NCBI GenBank assembly: GCA_964016885.1
Contig: OZ024746.1
Span: 33,480,001 to 33,544,000, forward strand
DNA length: 64,000 nucleotides
Source of the DNA: Eledone cirrhosa
Lineage: Eukaryota
Direction: 5' to 3'
The translations under genes and the position numbers were made by a program. Below the pieces are notes generated by a model. The model searched no databases. It saw only the letters and a list, made by a program, of their open reading frames with translations, and had not been told where the DNA came from. Below are positions 1 through 12,099 of this stretch, one piece after another (the first letter of the stretch is position 1; every line of letters starts with the position of its first letter).

Positions 1-971
1 GGAAATCTGTTGGCAATATTCACAAAATAGAATTTAGCATCAACCCTCTACTGCTAATGTGACAATACATATGGTGATTGTTAGGTAAACTAATGAATAA
101 AGAAATGATGTAATAAAGTTCCCCCAAATTAATGGTGCTCCTGAGATGATACACCAGGATAAAATGTATAAGTACAATAAATACATCCAATTAAGCCATA
201 ACATCTAACGGTATGAAAACAACACATCAATTTAGAGAGAAAAAATATTAAACATAAAATTAAAGATGCTATCAGTAAAGCAACTGTAAATACATTATAT
301 AAAGTATTCCTTATAATTTATTGTCTTTTGATTTTATATGTATTTGAAAACAACATCAACATCGATCTTTTTAACAATAGTTATCATTTAGATAATGATG
401 TTGATTCCTGTCTTGGAATTTGAAGCAATTAAAAAAGTGGTTTCACTCCATATGTTCGGTTCACCTAAATGGCACTTATTTACATTGAAATATCCCAACA
501 AGTATGTATCATATTATTAGATTAAATTGCCTAATCAGTCATTTCCTCTTATTCACACAGAGAGACAATACATTCTGCCAGTCAGTTATGTTCCAGATAC
601 GTATAAGTTAAAAAAACAGTTTCCAAGTGTAAGCCAGTAAAGCTGAAGTCATCTTAGTGTTCTCCAGTGCATAACGTTTAATCAGTTTTGATATTTTAAT
701 CATAACACATTGTTTGCTTCATAATTATTATGAACAGTAATTTCGATAAATACTGAAATGCTTAAGCATTTGATTTTTCGTTCTATCTTATATATCTCAG
801 CCCCCAAGTGATTACATATTTGTGATATGTTTATTGTATATATGTGTGACATTTTATATATGTTCCCTTGTGAAAACCTAAATATGAATTCACAAAGCGT
901 ATCTTACCCCAATATGCATTCGGGGGTAACCACAGTAAGTAAGGTACTCAATACATAGCAGAGTATAAATG

Positions 972-1087
972 TTTAATATAGAAAAGCTTCTATAGGACTA
1001 GAACTGTTTCATTCGTGAGAAATCATCAGTGCTTTCTGATGATCTCACGAATGAAACAGTTCTAGTCCTGTAGAAGCTTTTCTATAT

Positions 1088-1091
<4 letters not shown>
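972..1091. repeat. Fold-back inverted repeat (about 57-bp arms) with a CTGATGA...GAAAC hammerhead-like motif in each arm; probable Penelope-like terminus remnant
   Basis: tttaatatagaaaagcttctataggactagaactgtttcattcgtgagaaatcatcag / tgcttt / ctgatgatctcacgaatgaaacagttctagtcctgtagaagcttttctatattaaa; it abuts (TA)n. Confidence 0.75.
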
Positions 1092-1135
<44 letters not shown>

Positions 1136-1139
<4 letters not shown>

Positions 1140-1324
1140 AACGAGTAGGACCCCGACGGCTGAGCTCAAGCCGTTTCGACGGCTAATTCTGGACAGAATT
1201 AGCCGTCGAAACGGCTTGAGCTCATCCGTCGGGGTCCTACTCTTCCTATTACCCACTCTACTACCCTAAGTATTGAGTACTTTGGTGCGGTATGGTCCAC
1301 TTGGTTCCTTACCACATTTCCTTC

Positions 1325-1328
<4 letters not shown>
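1136..1328 (+). mobile_element. Short (TA)n-embedded fold-back element, family copy 1
   Basis: Near-perfect hairpin 1136-1248 (about 54-bp arms, 2 differences) followed by ctactaccctaagtattgagtac...ttccttcatta. (TA)n on both sides. Homologous to 48723-48927. Confidence 0.75.
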
Positions 1329-1390
<62 letters not shown>

Positions 1391-2624
1391 TTTATATGTG
1401 TTATATGTCATTGCCACCCTTAATCATGGAAGTGCATTTCCGACCGCTACGTACCCAAAGCAACACGTCTCATTTCTATGTTCAGCTAAAACGACATTTA
1501 CATCACATTCGGTATTATGATCACGCCATTGAGTGAGCTTCTGCATGGACACTTATCATCTTTCAAATGCTACTCATCTCAGATATGTTCAATCGAAGAT
1601 GACTTGAGGCTAAATAACAACAGAAACTCTCCCTACTTAAATGTAGTTTTCTGGGTTGTTTTATTTGTTATTGTTTGGGATGGTTTCAAATATATTGTAT
1701 TCTGAAATAGCTAGTCCAACGCAATATGCTGTTTGTGTTTTTTTCTTTAGTGTTTAGATTATGCGCACAAAGTTCCAATTGGTGATTGTAACTGCTGTTT
1801 CATTTGCTCGAGGCTGTTGCTGTGTGATAAGTGGTGTTTCCTGGATAGGAATTAGAGAGGAACAGGTGAAAATTATAAATTGAACAGTTTCCGCTATTCT
1901 TCATTATTTTCATCATTCTTTCTGTTAAAGAATATCCTATTATACTGTACATTTCATATAATATCCTATTATACTGTACATTTCAGAATTATTGTTTTTG
2001 TATCTTTAATATTATATTCCCGCATTATTTTTATATAAAAGACAGAGTTTGCTGCCAATCACTAAAAATATTAACAAATGTAGATTTTCTGGGACTGAAA
2101 AACTTCTTTCCTGGATTATTGCCCAGGAAAATACAGATTATTGTTTTTATATTCGCGAAAATTACTTTTCTAGTTTTTCTAATAATTGTGTTTTTCAGTA
2201 TTGATAATAGATGACCACGTTTTGTGAATGGTAAACGTCGCGGTAGACGCGATCTGAATTTTAATGTGTTGAAATTGTAAATGTATTTCCGAAGTAATAG
2301 AATAATTTGAAATGTATTCATATTGTACCGTGTAGGATATTTCTATATACATTCACTTTGGTATTTCAATGCTCTCAAAGAATGCGGACCAAGCAAACCA
2401 ATGGAAATTTGATGACATTAATATCAACGTTTTATAATAAAGTCTTCATTAATAAATTATTAATAATTTACTAATAAACATATGTGTCAACAATATTTTC
2501 AAATAGTTGTATTTTCATGTATTTCATTCGTTTTTATTTCCATTCAACATTAGTTAAATAATATATCGAAACAGATTGAATAAAACCAAATTTATGTCAG
2601 CATTTATTTGAAGTTTGTTCCATC

Positions 2625-2625
<1 letters not shown>

Positions 2626-2655
<30 letters not shown>

Positions 2656-2727
2656 CTTCTTCTTCTTCTTCTTCTTCTTCTTCTTCTTCTTCTTCTTCTT
2701 CTTCTTCTTCTTCTTCTTCTTCTTCTT

Positions 2728-2758
<31 letters not shown>

Positions 2759-2781
2759 TTATTATTATTATTATTATTATT
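2626..2781 (+). repeat. Compound microsatellite (CTT)n then (TTA)n
   Basis: Direct reading; it forms the 5' flank of the Tx1 LINE. Confidence 0.95.
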
Positions 2782-2988
2782 GGCGACCTACGTAGTAAAT
2801 CGTATCATCGTGAGCTCCGCAAAGGTTTGTTATTTCCGTTTGTTAAAAATTGTCATTTATGGAAAATTTTATTGTTAACTGTTTATAAGCGCACATACAT
2901 TGTTTTCCGAAAAGGACACCCAAAAAGATAGGGGCCTTGTGCCCAAAATTTAAACTTTTATTATTATCAAAAAATTTCTTTGAAAAAA

Positions 2989-4732
2989 ATGGCTAATTCA
3001 CCTCTGCACGAAGCAGCTGAAAGCCTTCCTCACAAATTAACACCTCACACCGACACCACCATTGTAAATGTTACTACGTTTGCCAACACAGAAAAAAATA
3101 TAAGCACTAGCAATATTTTAAATTTGTCTCAGGCAGACATTCATTTCCCGCCATTACCAATGACTGCAGGTGTTAAAGCCTCCACCACCACCACCACCGC
3201 GACAACCACCACCACCACCACCACGACAACAGAAACAAAAGAAGAAAAAAATAAATTAACTCGTGATGTCGAAATGAAATCAAGCAAAATGGACTCTTCC
3301 CCACCAAAGACGACTGACGTCACCACCACCACAACTGAAACTAAAATTAATATTAACGATAGCAACAACAACAACAATGACATTATTAAAACCCCCCTCA
3401 GTTTCGCCAGAGTAGCAAAACAGTTCGAAGCATTTACGGTAACTCAGGAGGATTTAGAAAATGCCACACAAATGGTAAAGAAAGATGGGTACAGGGTCAG
3501 CCCCCTCCCCACCTAATAAAATGGAGCATCGGCGCCTATGCACCGTGTCGTATAGAACAATAAATGTAAAATCGCGCCGAGTGGAACGGGCATCCGAGTC
3601 CCAAATCCAAAAAGCTTTGGGACATGTGTGGGCAAGAAAAACCCACATCAGACGTGGGCAGAAGTATGGAACCGTGGACGTGTTCTTTGAAACACCAGAG
3701 GAGGCTAGAGAACACTCCATGGCCCCATTAAGAAGTGACGACTTCACACTCGTCCCAAGCTATTGTGGCCAGAGACTCGTAAAGATCAGGGTGACCCACG
3801 TTCCACCGGCCATCGAAATTCCCTGGCTAATAGCGGCTGTCCTCGCCGGCATCGAAGCCAACACGAAAATAATAGCAATAGCAAAAGAAAATCAGGAGAA
3901 CTGGTCCGGATCTGGGATGGAGCTCCTGATCCAAGCGGACCAAAAAAGCATTGAGGAGATCCCAGAGGTAATAGACCTCACTGACGGCAGCCACCTCACG
4001 GTAATTGTCGAGGGCAGAAGACCTATGTGTGTCGTTTGTGGTGAAGGAACCCACCTAAGGGATTTCTGCCCTCAGGCTAAAAGGTTGGGGCCACCTCTCC
4101 TACCCACCCCAGTGACACAACCATCAACACCACCAGTAGCAGAGATGGCAGCAACAACTGTAGCAGCAACAGCAGAAGCAACTATAACAGCAAGAACCCC
4201 AGCAACAGTAGCAAAACCAACACCACTACCACCACCAGCAAAACCAACACCACCACCACCCAACGCTTCAGAACTAGCACCAGCGCCTACACCATCCACC
4301 ACGCCACAACCAAAACTAACGCCTGTGGAGGATTTTCCACTCCCCGGCCTATCACAACTGGAGACAGATTGTGACGACGAGGAGTGGGAAACGATATCCG
4401 GAAAAAAAAAGAAACCAAAAAAGAAAAAATTCTCTTCCTTCCCCCTCCAAAAACAAAATACAGAGGGAAACAAATAAATTAAGAAACAACACAACACCAG
4501 CATGACAGAAAAAGACTACACAACAACACCAAAATTCACACCACCTCCACACATACAAATCACTCGCATCACACAGAAAACGTACATGACACTAAAACAA
4601 AAATTCCCCAAAGACATCGGAGACTTCCGACAAGCACTCTCCAGGAGGATTTATAAGGACATCCTTCCTGAGGAGGCCACAAGCAGTGAAAAGGATGGAA
4701 AAACCGTCCTTCCACTACGAGAAGTAAGGTAA
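2989..4732 (+). pseudogene. Tx1 ORF1 (gag-like nucleic-acid-binding protein), split into 3 frames
   Basis: Pieces 2989-3516, 3485-4477 and 4502-4732. SFARVA motif, zinc knuckle CVVCGEGTHLRDFC, Pro/Thr-rich and Lys-rich tail. Breaks fall at homopolymer runs. Confidence 0.8.
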
Positions 4733-4766
4733 GTGGTCTTTCCCATCTTTTCCACTCCTTTTCAAC

Positions 4767-7700
4767 ATGACCTCACTCAGAATAGGCAGCATAAATGCGC
4801 GTGGCTTGGGGTCGTCATGGAAGCAGGGCCACCTGCTCAACGACCTCAGGTCACTAAACATAGATGTAGTGGCCATCAGCGAGACCAGAATCTCCGAAAG
4901 CACAGGTTTTCGCACCGATCTTCGGCGGCTACGATGTGTACGCATCTCCCAGCCGTCCGGGATCGGAGGGAGGAGTTGCTGTGCTTTTTCGGAGAGGTTT
5001 AGATCTTGCCATACGGGCCATCTTCCTGGACCCAGAAGGTAAGTTGGTGGTGCTGGACGTGACCAGCGGAGACGGCCAAGGTTTCAGGTTAGTGGCCGTA
5101 TATGCCCCGACAGGAGCAGGGCGGCCTGATTTCTTCCGGCGTCTGGAGACCTTTCTTGGAACGTCCCGCTCTTTAGTGTTAGTGGGCGACTGGAACGGGA
5201 TCTTAGATGCACGCTGGGATTGTGTGGGATTAGTGGATAGGGAAGGAGGGTGCAATAGTCTCACCAACCTGCTCAGACGTTTTGAACTGTCTGACAGGTA
5301 CCGAATGGATTTCCCGAATGTACCAATGTGGACTTGGACAAATCGCATAGGGTCATCCAGATCATATCTAGATAGAGTATTTTGTAGGGAAATAGATAGG
5401 TCTAGCATAGGCTGTCCACAATTCAAGATAGTCAGCTACACGGACCACAAATTCGTGATCTGTGTGCTTGACTTAGATAGGCTTCATAGACGAGGACCCG
5501 GCTACTGGAAGCTAAACGCGTCCTTACCAGCGCGCAAGGCCTACAGAGACCGGATTAGCGAACTAGTCAAGCGGGCGTTGACGGGGGCCAATGTCAACAA
5601 CAAGTGGTGGTTTGCTCTGAAAAGAGCAATTACAATAGAGTCCATTATGTTTAGTAAGACTTTAGCAATAGAGAAAAATAGAGCAGAGGGAGAATTAGTT
5701 AGAAAATTAGATGAGGCGCTTAGCAAAGGCATCGCGACCGACGTACTTGCGGCGAAATTGGCCTTTGACCAATTCTTCAATGCAAATCACGAAGGCTGCG
5801 TTGTCAGAGCTAGGGTGCGTGCTCTCAGACACGAGGGGACGAAAGCCGTTCAATGGGCCCGAGTGGCGGAGGCGCGTCGTGGCAACAGAGCTAGGATCCG
5901 GTCTTTGGTGGACCACGAAAGGCGCATGCTACTCGATCCCGGGCAAATGTGTGAAGCTTTTTAGCGACACTTCGCTCAACTGTTCGGGGGCAGTGGCGGG
6001 CCGGATCGAGGGATGGACATTAGTGTCTACCTCGACGGACTGCTGCGGCTTTCGGCCACTGAGGCGGAGTGTTGCGAAAAGCCGATAACAACCGCTGAAG
6101 TACGGGATGCAATGACTAGTTGCACAAGGGGTAAATCGCCTGGTTTAGATGGTCTGCCCTATGAACTTTACGTACAAATGCCAAACTTGTTCGGAGGCCT
6201 GTTGGCGGACGTTTACTGCAACTGGCAACAGAACGGGAGAATTCCCAGTTCTGTGAGCCGAGGAGCGGTGGCACTGCTGAGAAAGGATCCGAACAAGGGG
6301 GATAACATAGATAATTTCCGGCCCATAACTCTGCTAAACACAGAGTTCAAGATTTTGTCCAAGGTGCTAGCAAAGAGGTTGGCGCTTGTCGTTGGTGGTC
6401 TGGTGGGTGAAGGCGCAGACATGCGCCATTCCCGACAGATCCATCCACGACATCCTCCACCTCATGCGATACATCGTAGAGAGGGTAGCTAGGGAACCTG
6501 GCACGGGTGGGTCCTTGATCAATTTAGATCATTCGAAAGCTTTCGATAGGGTCGACCATCGTTACCTGGCGGCAGTCCTGAGAGCGGCTGGCTTTGGGCC
6601 CGTCTTCAGAGGCTGGATCGCTGCCATGCACAGCGACATCTGCTCTGTGGTGAGAGTGAACGGTCATCTGTTGGAACCGTTCAGCATCATGCGCTCGGTC
6701 CGCCAAGGATGTCCCCTCTCGTCCCTCTTGTACGTATTGACTCTCGAGCCATTACTGCACAAACTGGAGACGTTGAGGGGCGTCCCGCGCTAACTAGTTG
6801 CGGAAGATCCGTGTCAGCATATGCGGACGATGTCACCGTAGTGGTGTCGAACGCCAAACACATCGAGGCGATCGGCACTACACTAAGAGAATACGAAGGA
6901 GCAATGATCAACCAGAAAAAGTCAGTGGTCCTGCAGCTCGGCACCTGGAGAGGCCGGTCCATGCCGTCCAACAGCGTCGTCGGACGCTGGACGGATGGAC
7001 CGGTTAAATTGCTAGGGGTCTGGTTCGGTCCGGACCTCCAGACGGACAAAAACTGGGACGAGGTGACGAGCAGGGTGGCTTCTCTCACCCAGAAATGGGC
7101 GGAGAGGAAGCTATCCCTGAGAGGTCGAGCGGAGGTGGCTAACGCTTACATCGCGTCTGTCATCTGCTACCACCTGACCGTCGTACCTTGTCCTAAGCCT
7201 CGCCTGACTGCGCTGGAGCGTTTGCTCTTTCGCTTTTTGTGGAAGGGACACGCTCCGATGGTCAGGTGGTCCATCTGTTGTCATCACCCGCTACGTGGAG
7301 GGCTGGGCATGCCGTGGCTGATGATGCGCAGGAACGCGCTCAGGCTACGACATCTCCACCTCTTCCTTGACGGTGATCAGGTGTGGTCGCCGTTTGCTAG
7401 ACGCGTATTTCCCCAGCTCGTTTCCTTGATGGAGCTGCAGTCCTGAGTCAAGCGAAGACCGAGAGGGAGCGCCTGTAGACTGGAATGTCTTCAGGCGCTC
7501 ACAGCCCTCGACCAATCGGGCAATGTGATCGATGGAAACTCCACCTCGGCGTTCTATAGAGGATTAGTGGAGAGGAAGAGCGACGACGTACTTGGGGAAA
7601 CTCTAGGCGTCGACGAAAATCAACTAGCCAATCTCTTCGGAAGAACTTTCGGGCCGGGGCCTATGGACAACTTCCAGAAATCTCTGGCCTGGCAGTGCTA

Positions 7701-8178
7701 CCGAGGAGCCTTGCCAGTTCGGGATAAACGCTACAGGCATGGAGGTGCCGTCAGCCGGGCATGTCCGAGATGCGCGCAGGGCGACGAAACCGTCCTGCCC
7801 GCACTCGTCCAGTGTCCGAAAATTGCTGACTTGTGGGTTTATGTCGAACACCTGCTGTCGCGTTTAGGACGGATCCGGCTATCATCTGAGTCCATCGTGA
7901 GGATTGCCCCGCCCTCCTCCTTTAGCCGGGAAGGGGAGGCATTTTTTATCTGTCTGGTGGCCATGGCGAAAGAGATGGTATGGTGGACACGTTTGAAAGG
8001 GCTGATGACGAGCACTTACATCTTCGGTGATGCTCTGATTGACTTTTTCAAATTTCATTTGAAAAGGAAAATCAGAGTAGAGAGGGAAGTGCGCTCTTCC
8101 CAGCATTTTGTTGAAAGATGGGTGAGAGAAGCAAGAATGGCCCGAGTGAATGGGCCTACTCTGAGTATATATCTGTAA
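4767..8178 (+). pseudogene. Tx1 ORF2: APE endonuclease + reverse transcriptase + Cys-rich C terminus, fragmented
   Basis: SINARGL, ISETR, VYAP, GDWN, YLDR, TDH (APE); KSPGLDG, FRPITLLN, KAFDRV, VRQGCPLS, YADD (RT); CPRC...ET near the C terminus. Confidence 0.92.
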
Positions 8179-8417
8179 ATTAAAGGTGGAAATTGGGAGA
8201 GGGCACTTGCCTTGGTGGTCAGGGTCATTGTGGCCTTTTACTGGGCATTCTCCACAAATGTCCCTCGGAAGTCTCCCCCCTATTGGGGAATTTTTCTTTG
8301 TTATTTTATTTCATCCTCTGTTTTTTACACGCAGAATGCCCATTTGTACCGTCCTTTATTGTCCTGTACTATCCTTAATGTCTACTTCAAGTAAACCCTT
8401 ATGGTTAATAAAGAAAA

Positions 8418-8418
<1 letters not shown>

Positions 8419-8457
<39 letters not shown>
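8419..8457 (+). repeat. (TTA)n at the Tx1 3' end
   Basis: Direct reading. Confidence 0.95.
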
Positions 8458-8730
8458 TTCGAGTTAATTTGTTTATACTTTCAAAATCTACCTTGCCCTT
8501 CTAACGGGGATTGATATCATGCCTGAGGGAAGATCTCCTTTCTTCCCTCTTCCTCTATCCCCCGTGCTTTCATCCTTTCTTCTCTTCCTTCTCTCTCACT
8601 GCTCTCTATCCTCCCCTCTCTCACTCACACCGTTACCTTCTTCCTTCACCTCTCTCTCTTCTACAGTCAGCTCTACTTACAACGCCAATATTCTTCGTTT
8701 ATCGCTACGAGTTGTGGTCGATTGGACGCA

Positions 8731-8778
<48 letters not shown>

Positions 8779-10920
8779 CCCGTCCCAACTCAAACATTAT
8801 ATGAACGAAGATAATTATTTTTCCGCCACGAGCCTCCTATTCTCCGCAGTAATTCATCGAAACTGCAGGAGGTTAAGATCTGAAGAGTATATTTTAATGT
8901 TTGTGTCCTGTTTGTGACCACTTCGACGGTATATTTCTGTTCTAACAGCTTCCATACGCCGAGTTTTCCCATTTTCCTTAGAATATATATCAAAACCTGT
9001 TGGTTTTCACTTTAATTTATTATAAATTTCCGGTTTGTTGGTTGTTTATATATTGCCAAAGCTCTCTCGTCACATATTATGTAACCTCAGTGACTGGGTT
9101 TTTATTTTTGTCCCTCCTTTGTTCTGTCCGTCACCATTTATGCAAATATGCTAATATTAAATATATATTTAGATTACTTATGAATGAGGTGCATATGGTT
9201 TATCATTCCACCTTACATTGATTGGGTGTCCGTGTTGATGAATCCTCACTGGTGGATGAAGGATTCTAGGGAGCACAAAACCTGGAGAATGCTTAATGTA
9301 TTTTTGGGAAATGCGGCAAACAATATATAAAGGAAAACATTGTGGTATGTGCATCTGGTGTGTTGTTTTGGAAGTCAATTCTTTCCTCATATATCATAGC
9401 AGGTAATACATCTCTATTACGATAGACATGTGTGGTATAGGAATTATCACGACTATGACACAGTTGCTTCAAGATATTAGTGAATGATGTGTTTGGAGAC
9501 GATACTCCTTAACATGCAATACTATTCTTTAATTCTCTTACACTCTAACAACTCAAAATCAGATTTTCCATGTGGAAATACATCACACAATTGAAGAGAT
9601 AGAAATAAATGAAACGTTTAAATAGGGTTAAAACTTAAGATCTAAAAAATTACCATTACAATGCTAGGTACAATACTAGGGGTAAGAAATATTTGATATA
9701 GAGAAAAGAAACAAACAAAATGTATTTCTAATCAGCAATTAAAGGAAGAAGATGTAATGCAGATTTTCTGACAGATTCTCTTTAAAAAATAAAGAGCCTC
9801 AATTTTAATGAAAGCAGAGAAAGAAGAAAGGACATAAAAAGAAAGAGATATACATATGTTAAAAGAAGAAAGTTAAAATGAAGAACTTAGATAAGTATGA
9901 TCATAACATATTACCAATAACAGCAGCAAGCTATGTGAAAATGGGATAGTATCTGGAGATTTCTTTTAAAAAAGAAAAAAATCGAGGACGACAAAACAGA
10001 GAGATACAGTGTGACATATTCACTAACACGTGGAGTGGAAATTTATAAGCGAAAAAAAAATACAAAACAAATGATGCAAAATTATCGTACTCTGGGGAAT
10101 GTAGATTTTATCGCGCATGATTGAAGAAATCAGACATTTACATTATATTTATTTTTATCTAAATGGGAGTGAAGCATGAAAGCAAAATATTGAACAAGTG
10201 AATACGAGTGAGATATATATGGAGGATGGGTGTCTGTGTATATACTCGTCTCATCCTTGGAGTCTCCCCCTCTCCCTCTTCCACTTTACCTCTTTTCTCT
10301 TTATTATACCATATCCCTTCCACAGACATTAGCTATTTTTTTTTAAGTGTTCAGAAAACCTTTCTTTTAAAAAATAGTGTTGCGTGAAGAAATGTTTTGT
10401 TGGTGTAAGGATTTGAAAAGGCTAATACATAGAAATTTAGATGAAACTAAAAACCTGGCAACTGACAGATCTGCGATAGAAAGGTATAAAGCAGAGTAAA
10501 TTAGAGAGACACAGGGATAGTAAAATATAAATGGTAATGAGAATTTTGTTCTGGCCTCATCTACATAATGGATTTTATTTCTTTACAATGACAAAGCTAT
10601 TGTTTCATTAACCCTTGCACCCTAACCTCTTTACAGTATAGATGAGAGGTAAACCCACACAGTGTGTCAACTCGTGAATAATCTGATAGACAATTAAAAC
10701 TGAATGCATGTGTGTCGCTTTCTATGTTTGTGTCTTCTACTATATTTATTTCGGCAACTCAGCACAAAATAAAAATAAAAACTGCAGAATATTTCATTGA
10801 AATTCGTATAATATATATATATATATGTATGTCTATATGTAAGTCTTTATGTATGTATGTATGTATGTATGTATCTATGCATGTGTGTGTGTGTGCGAGC
10901 GCGTATGTGTGCAGGATTAC

Positions 10921-10979
<59 letters not shown>

Positions 10980-10985
10980 ATTATG

Positions 10986-11016
<31 letters not shown>

Positions 11017-12099
11017 ATGCTGGGATGTGTAGTGTAAAAGGTTTCCGTAAACTAGTTAAAAGAAAAAGATCGCTCAGTGTTAAGCATATTATGATAAATA
11101 ATTTCTCATCCTAATGGCATGCTTCCCAAACTTTCAAAGCCTACTCTAGCACAGGTCTTAGAGACGCTATGTTTGCTAATGTTGCTTATCTCTCGGGTAA
11201 GACGGTCGACATTATTTCATACGGCAAGTGCAAGGGAGATCAGAATTATGTAACAATAAATTCCGTGTTTACGTAACAATAAATTCCGTATTTATGTAGA
11301 GGGAGTTAGTCTATATTTTTTAATGTAATTATAATTTTAATTATTAATGTGGTTAGATTGTTTCATAGTGTATGGTTGCGTCTTCCACTGTATAATTATA
11401 TGGATTATTCTAGTGAAAGCTTGTTTTTAATAAGGTGTAGTTCGTTGTTAAATATTCATATGCTGAGTGTTTGTGTACTTCTGTGGGTGTGTGTTTATAT
11501 TTATGTGTATATTATTAATATATTCAAACTATGATATGAGTTTTGTTAAAGGTGTATGTGTTATTTTTGAGTATAACGTTTATATAGCGCGTTGTATTTA
11601 ACTATGCTTGGGTGCAGTATGTGTGTTCCCAAGCCTGAGAACAAATTAGGTAAATAAGGCAGGTGTAAGATGGTGGTGTGTCTGGGCCTGTATTCTTCCA
11701 TGAATTGAGGAGATGTGAACGTATATGTGGACATTCTGTAAATATCTCATATTTTTGGAATTAGGTATTTATCAAAGGATTTCAGAACCTATAACATCCT
11801 TAATCTTTCACTTAGGCGATGTGGAAACCTATTTGTTGTTTTAATATATGGGCATGACTTATTCAGGATACACCATTTAATCATGGATGGCATTCGTTAT
11901 ATTTCAGGTTCCCATACATCATGTATAAATACAACCTATATTACATCGAGCAGGGAACGATATGTGGGTATGACACAAGACTGGTCTAAACAACTGTACT
12001 ACTCACATATCGCGTCTTTGAAACGCGAGGAAAGGCTCACTGCCACGGCACTAGCAAATAGTGCATGGAACTGAGGGATACATTGACACCATACATGAT

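Larger units (their letters stand above)
2782..8418 (+). mobile_element. Tx1/L1-clade LINE, near full length, inactivated by frameshifts and stops
   Basis: ORF1 with a CCHC knuckle; ORF2 with APE, RT and C-terminal Cys motif; AATAAA at 8407; (TTA)n on both sides; a second copy lies at 41686-42754. Confidence 0.92.

Noticed and set aside
1-900. Possible decayed Penelope coding sequence next to the 972 hairpin (similarly 11350-11850, 15350-17200, 50400-52000)
   Set aside because: Composition suggests old retroelement relics, but I could not recover convincing motifs by eye; a translated HMM search is needed.
1931-1985. Short direct repeats (also 11249-11290, 30539-30577, 46010-46049) as CRISPR-like or regulatory arrays
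   Set aside because: Two-copy tandem slippage duplications without spacers, in a eukaryotic context.
2608-2931. Poly-Leu/Phe ORFs resembling signal or membrane peptides
   Set aside because: Translation of (CTT)n(TTA)n.
3485-3516. Overlap of Tx1 ORF1 pieces as a programmed frameshift
   Set aside because: The break lies in a C run and the element has many other disabling indels; decay or sequencing error is simpler.
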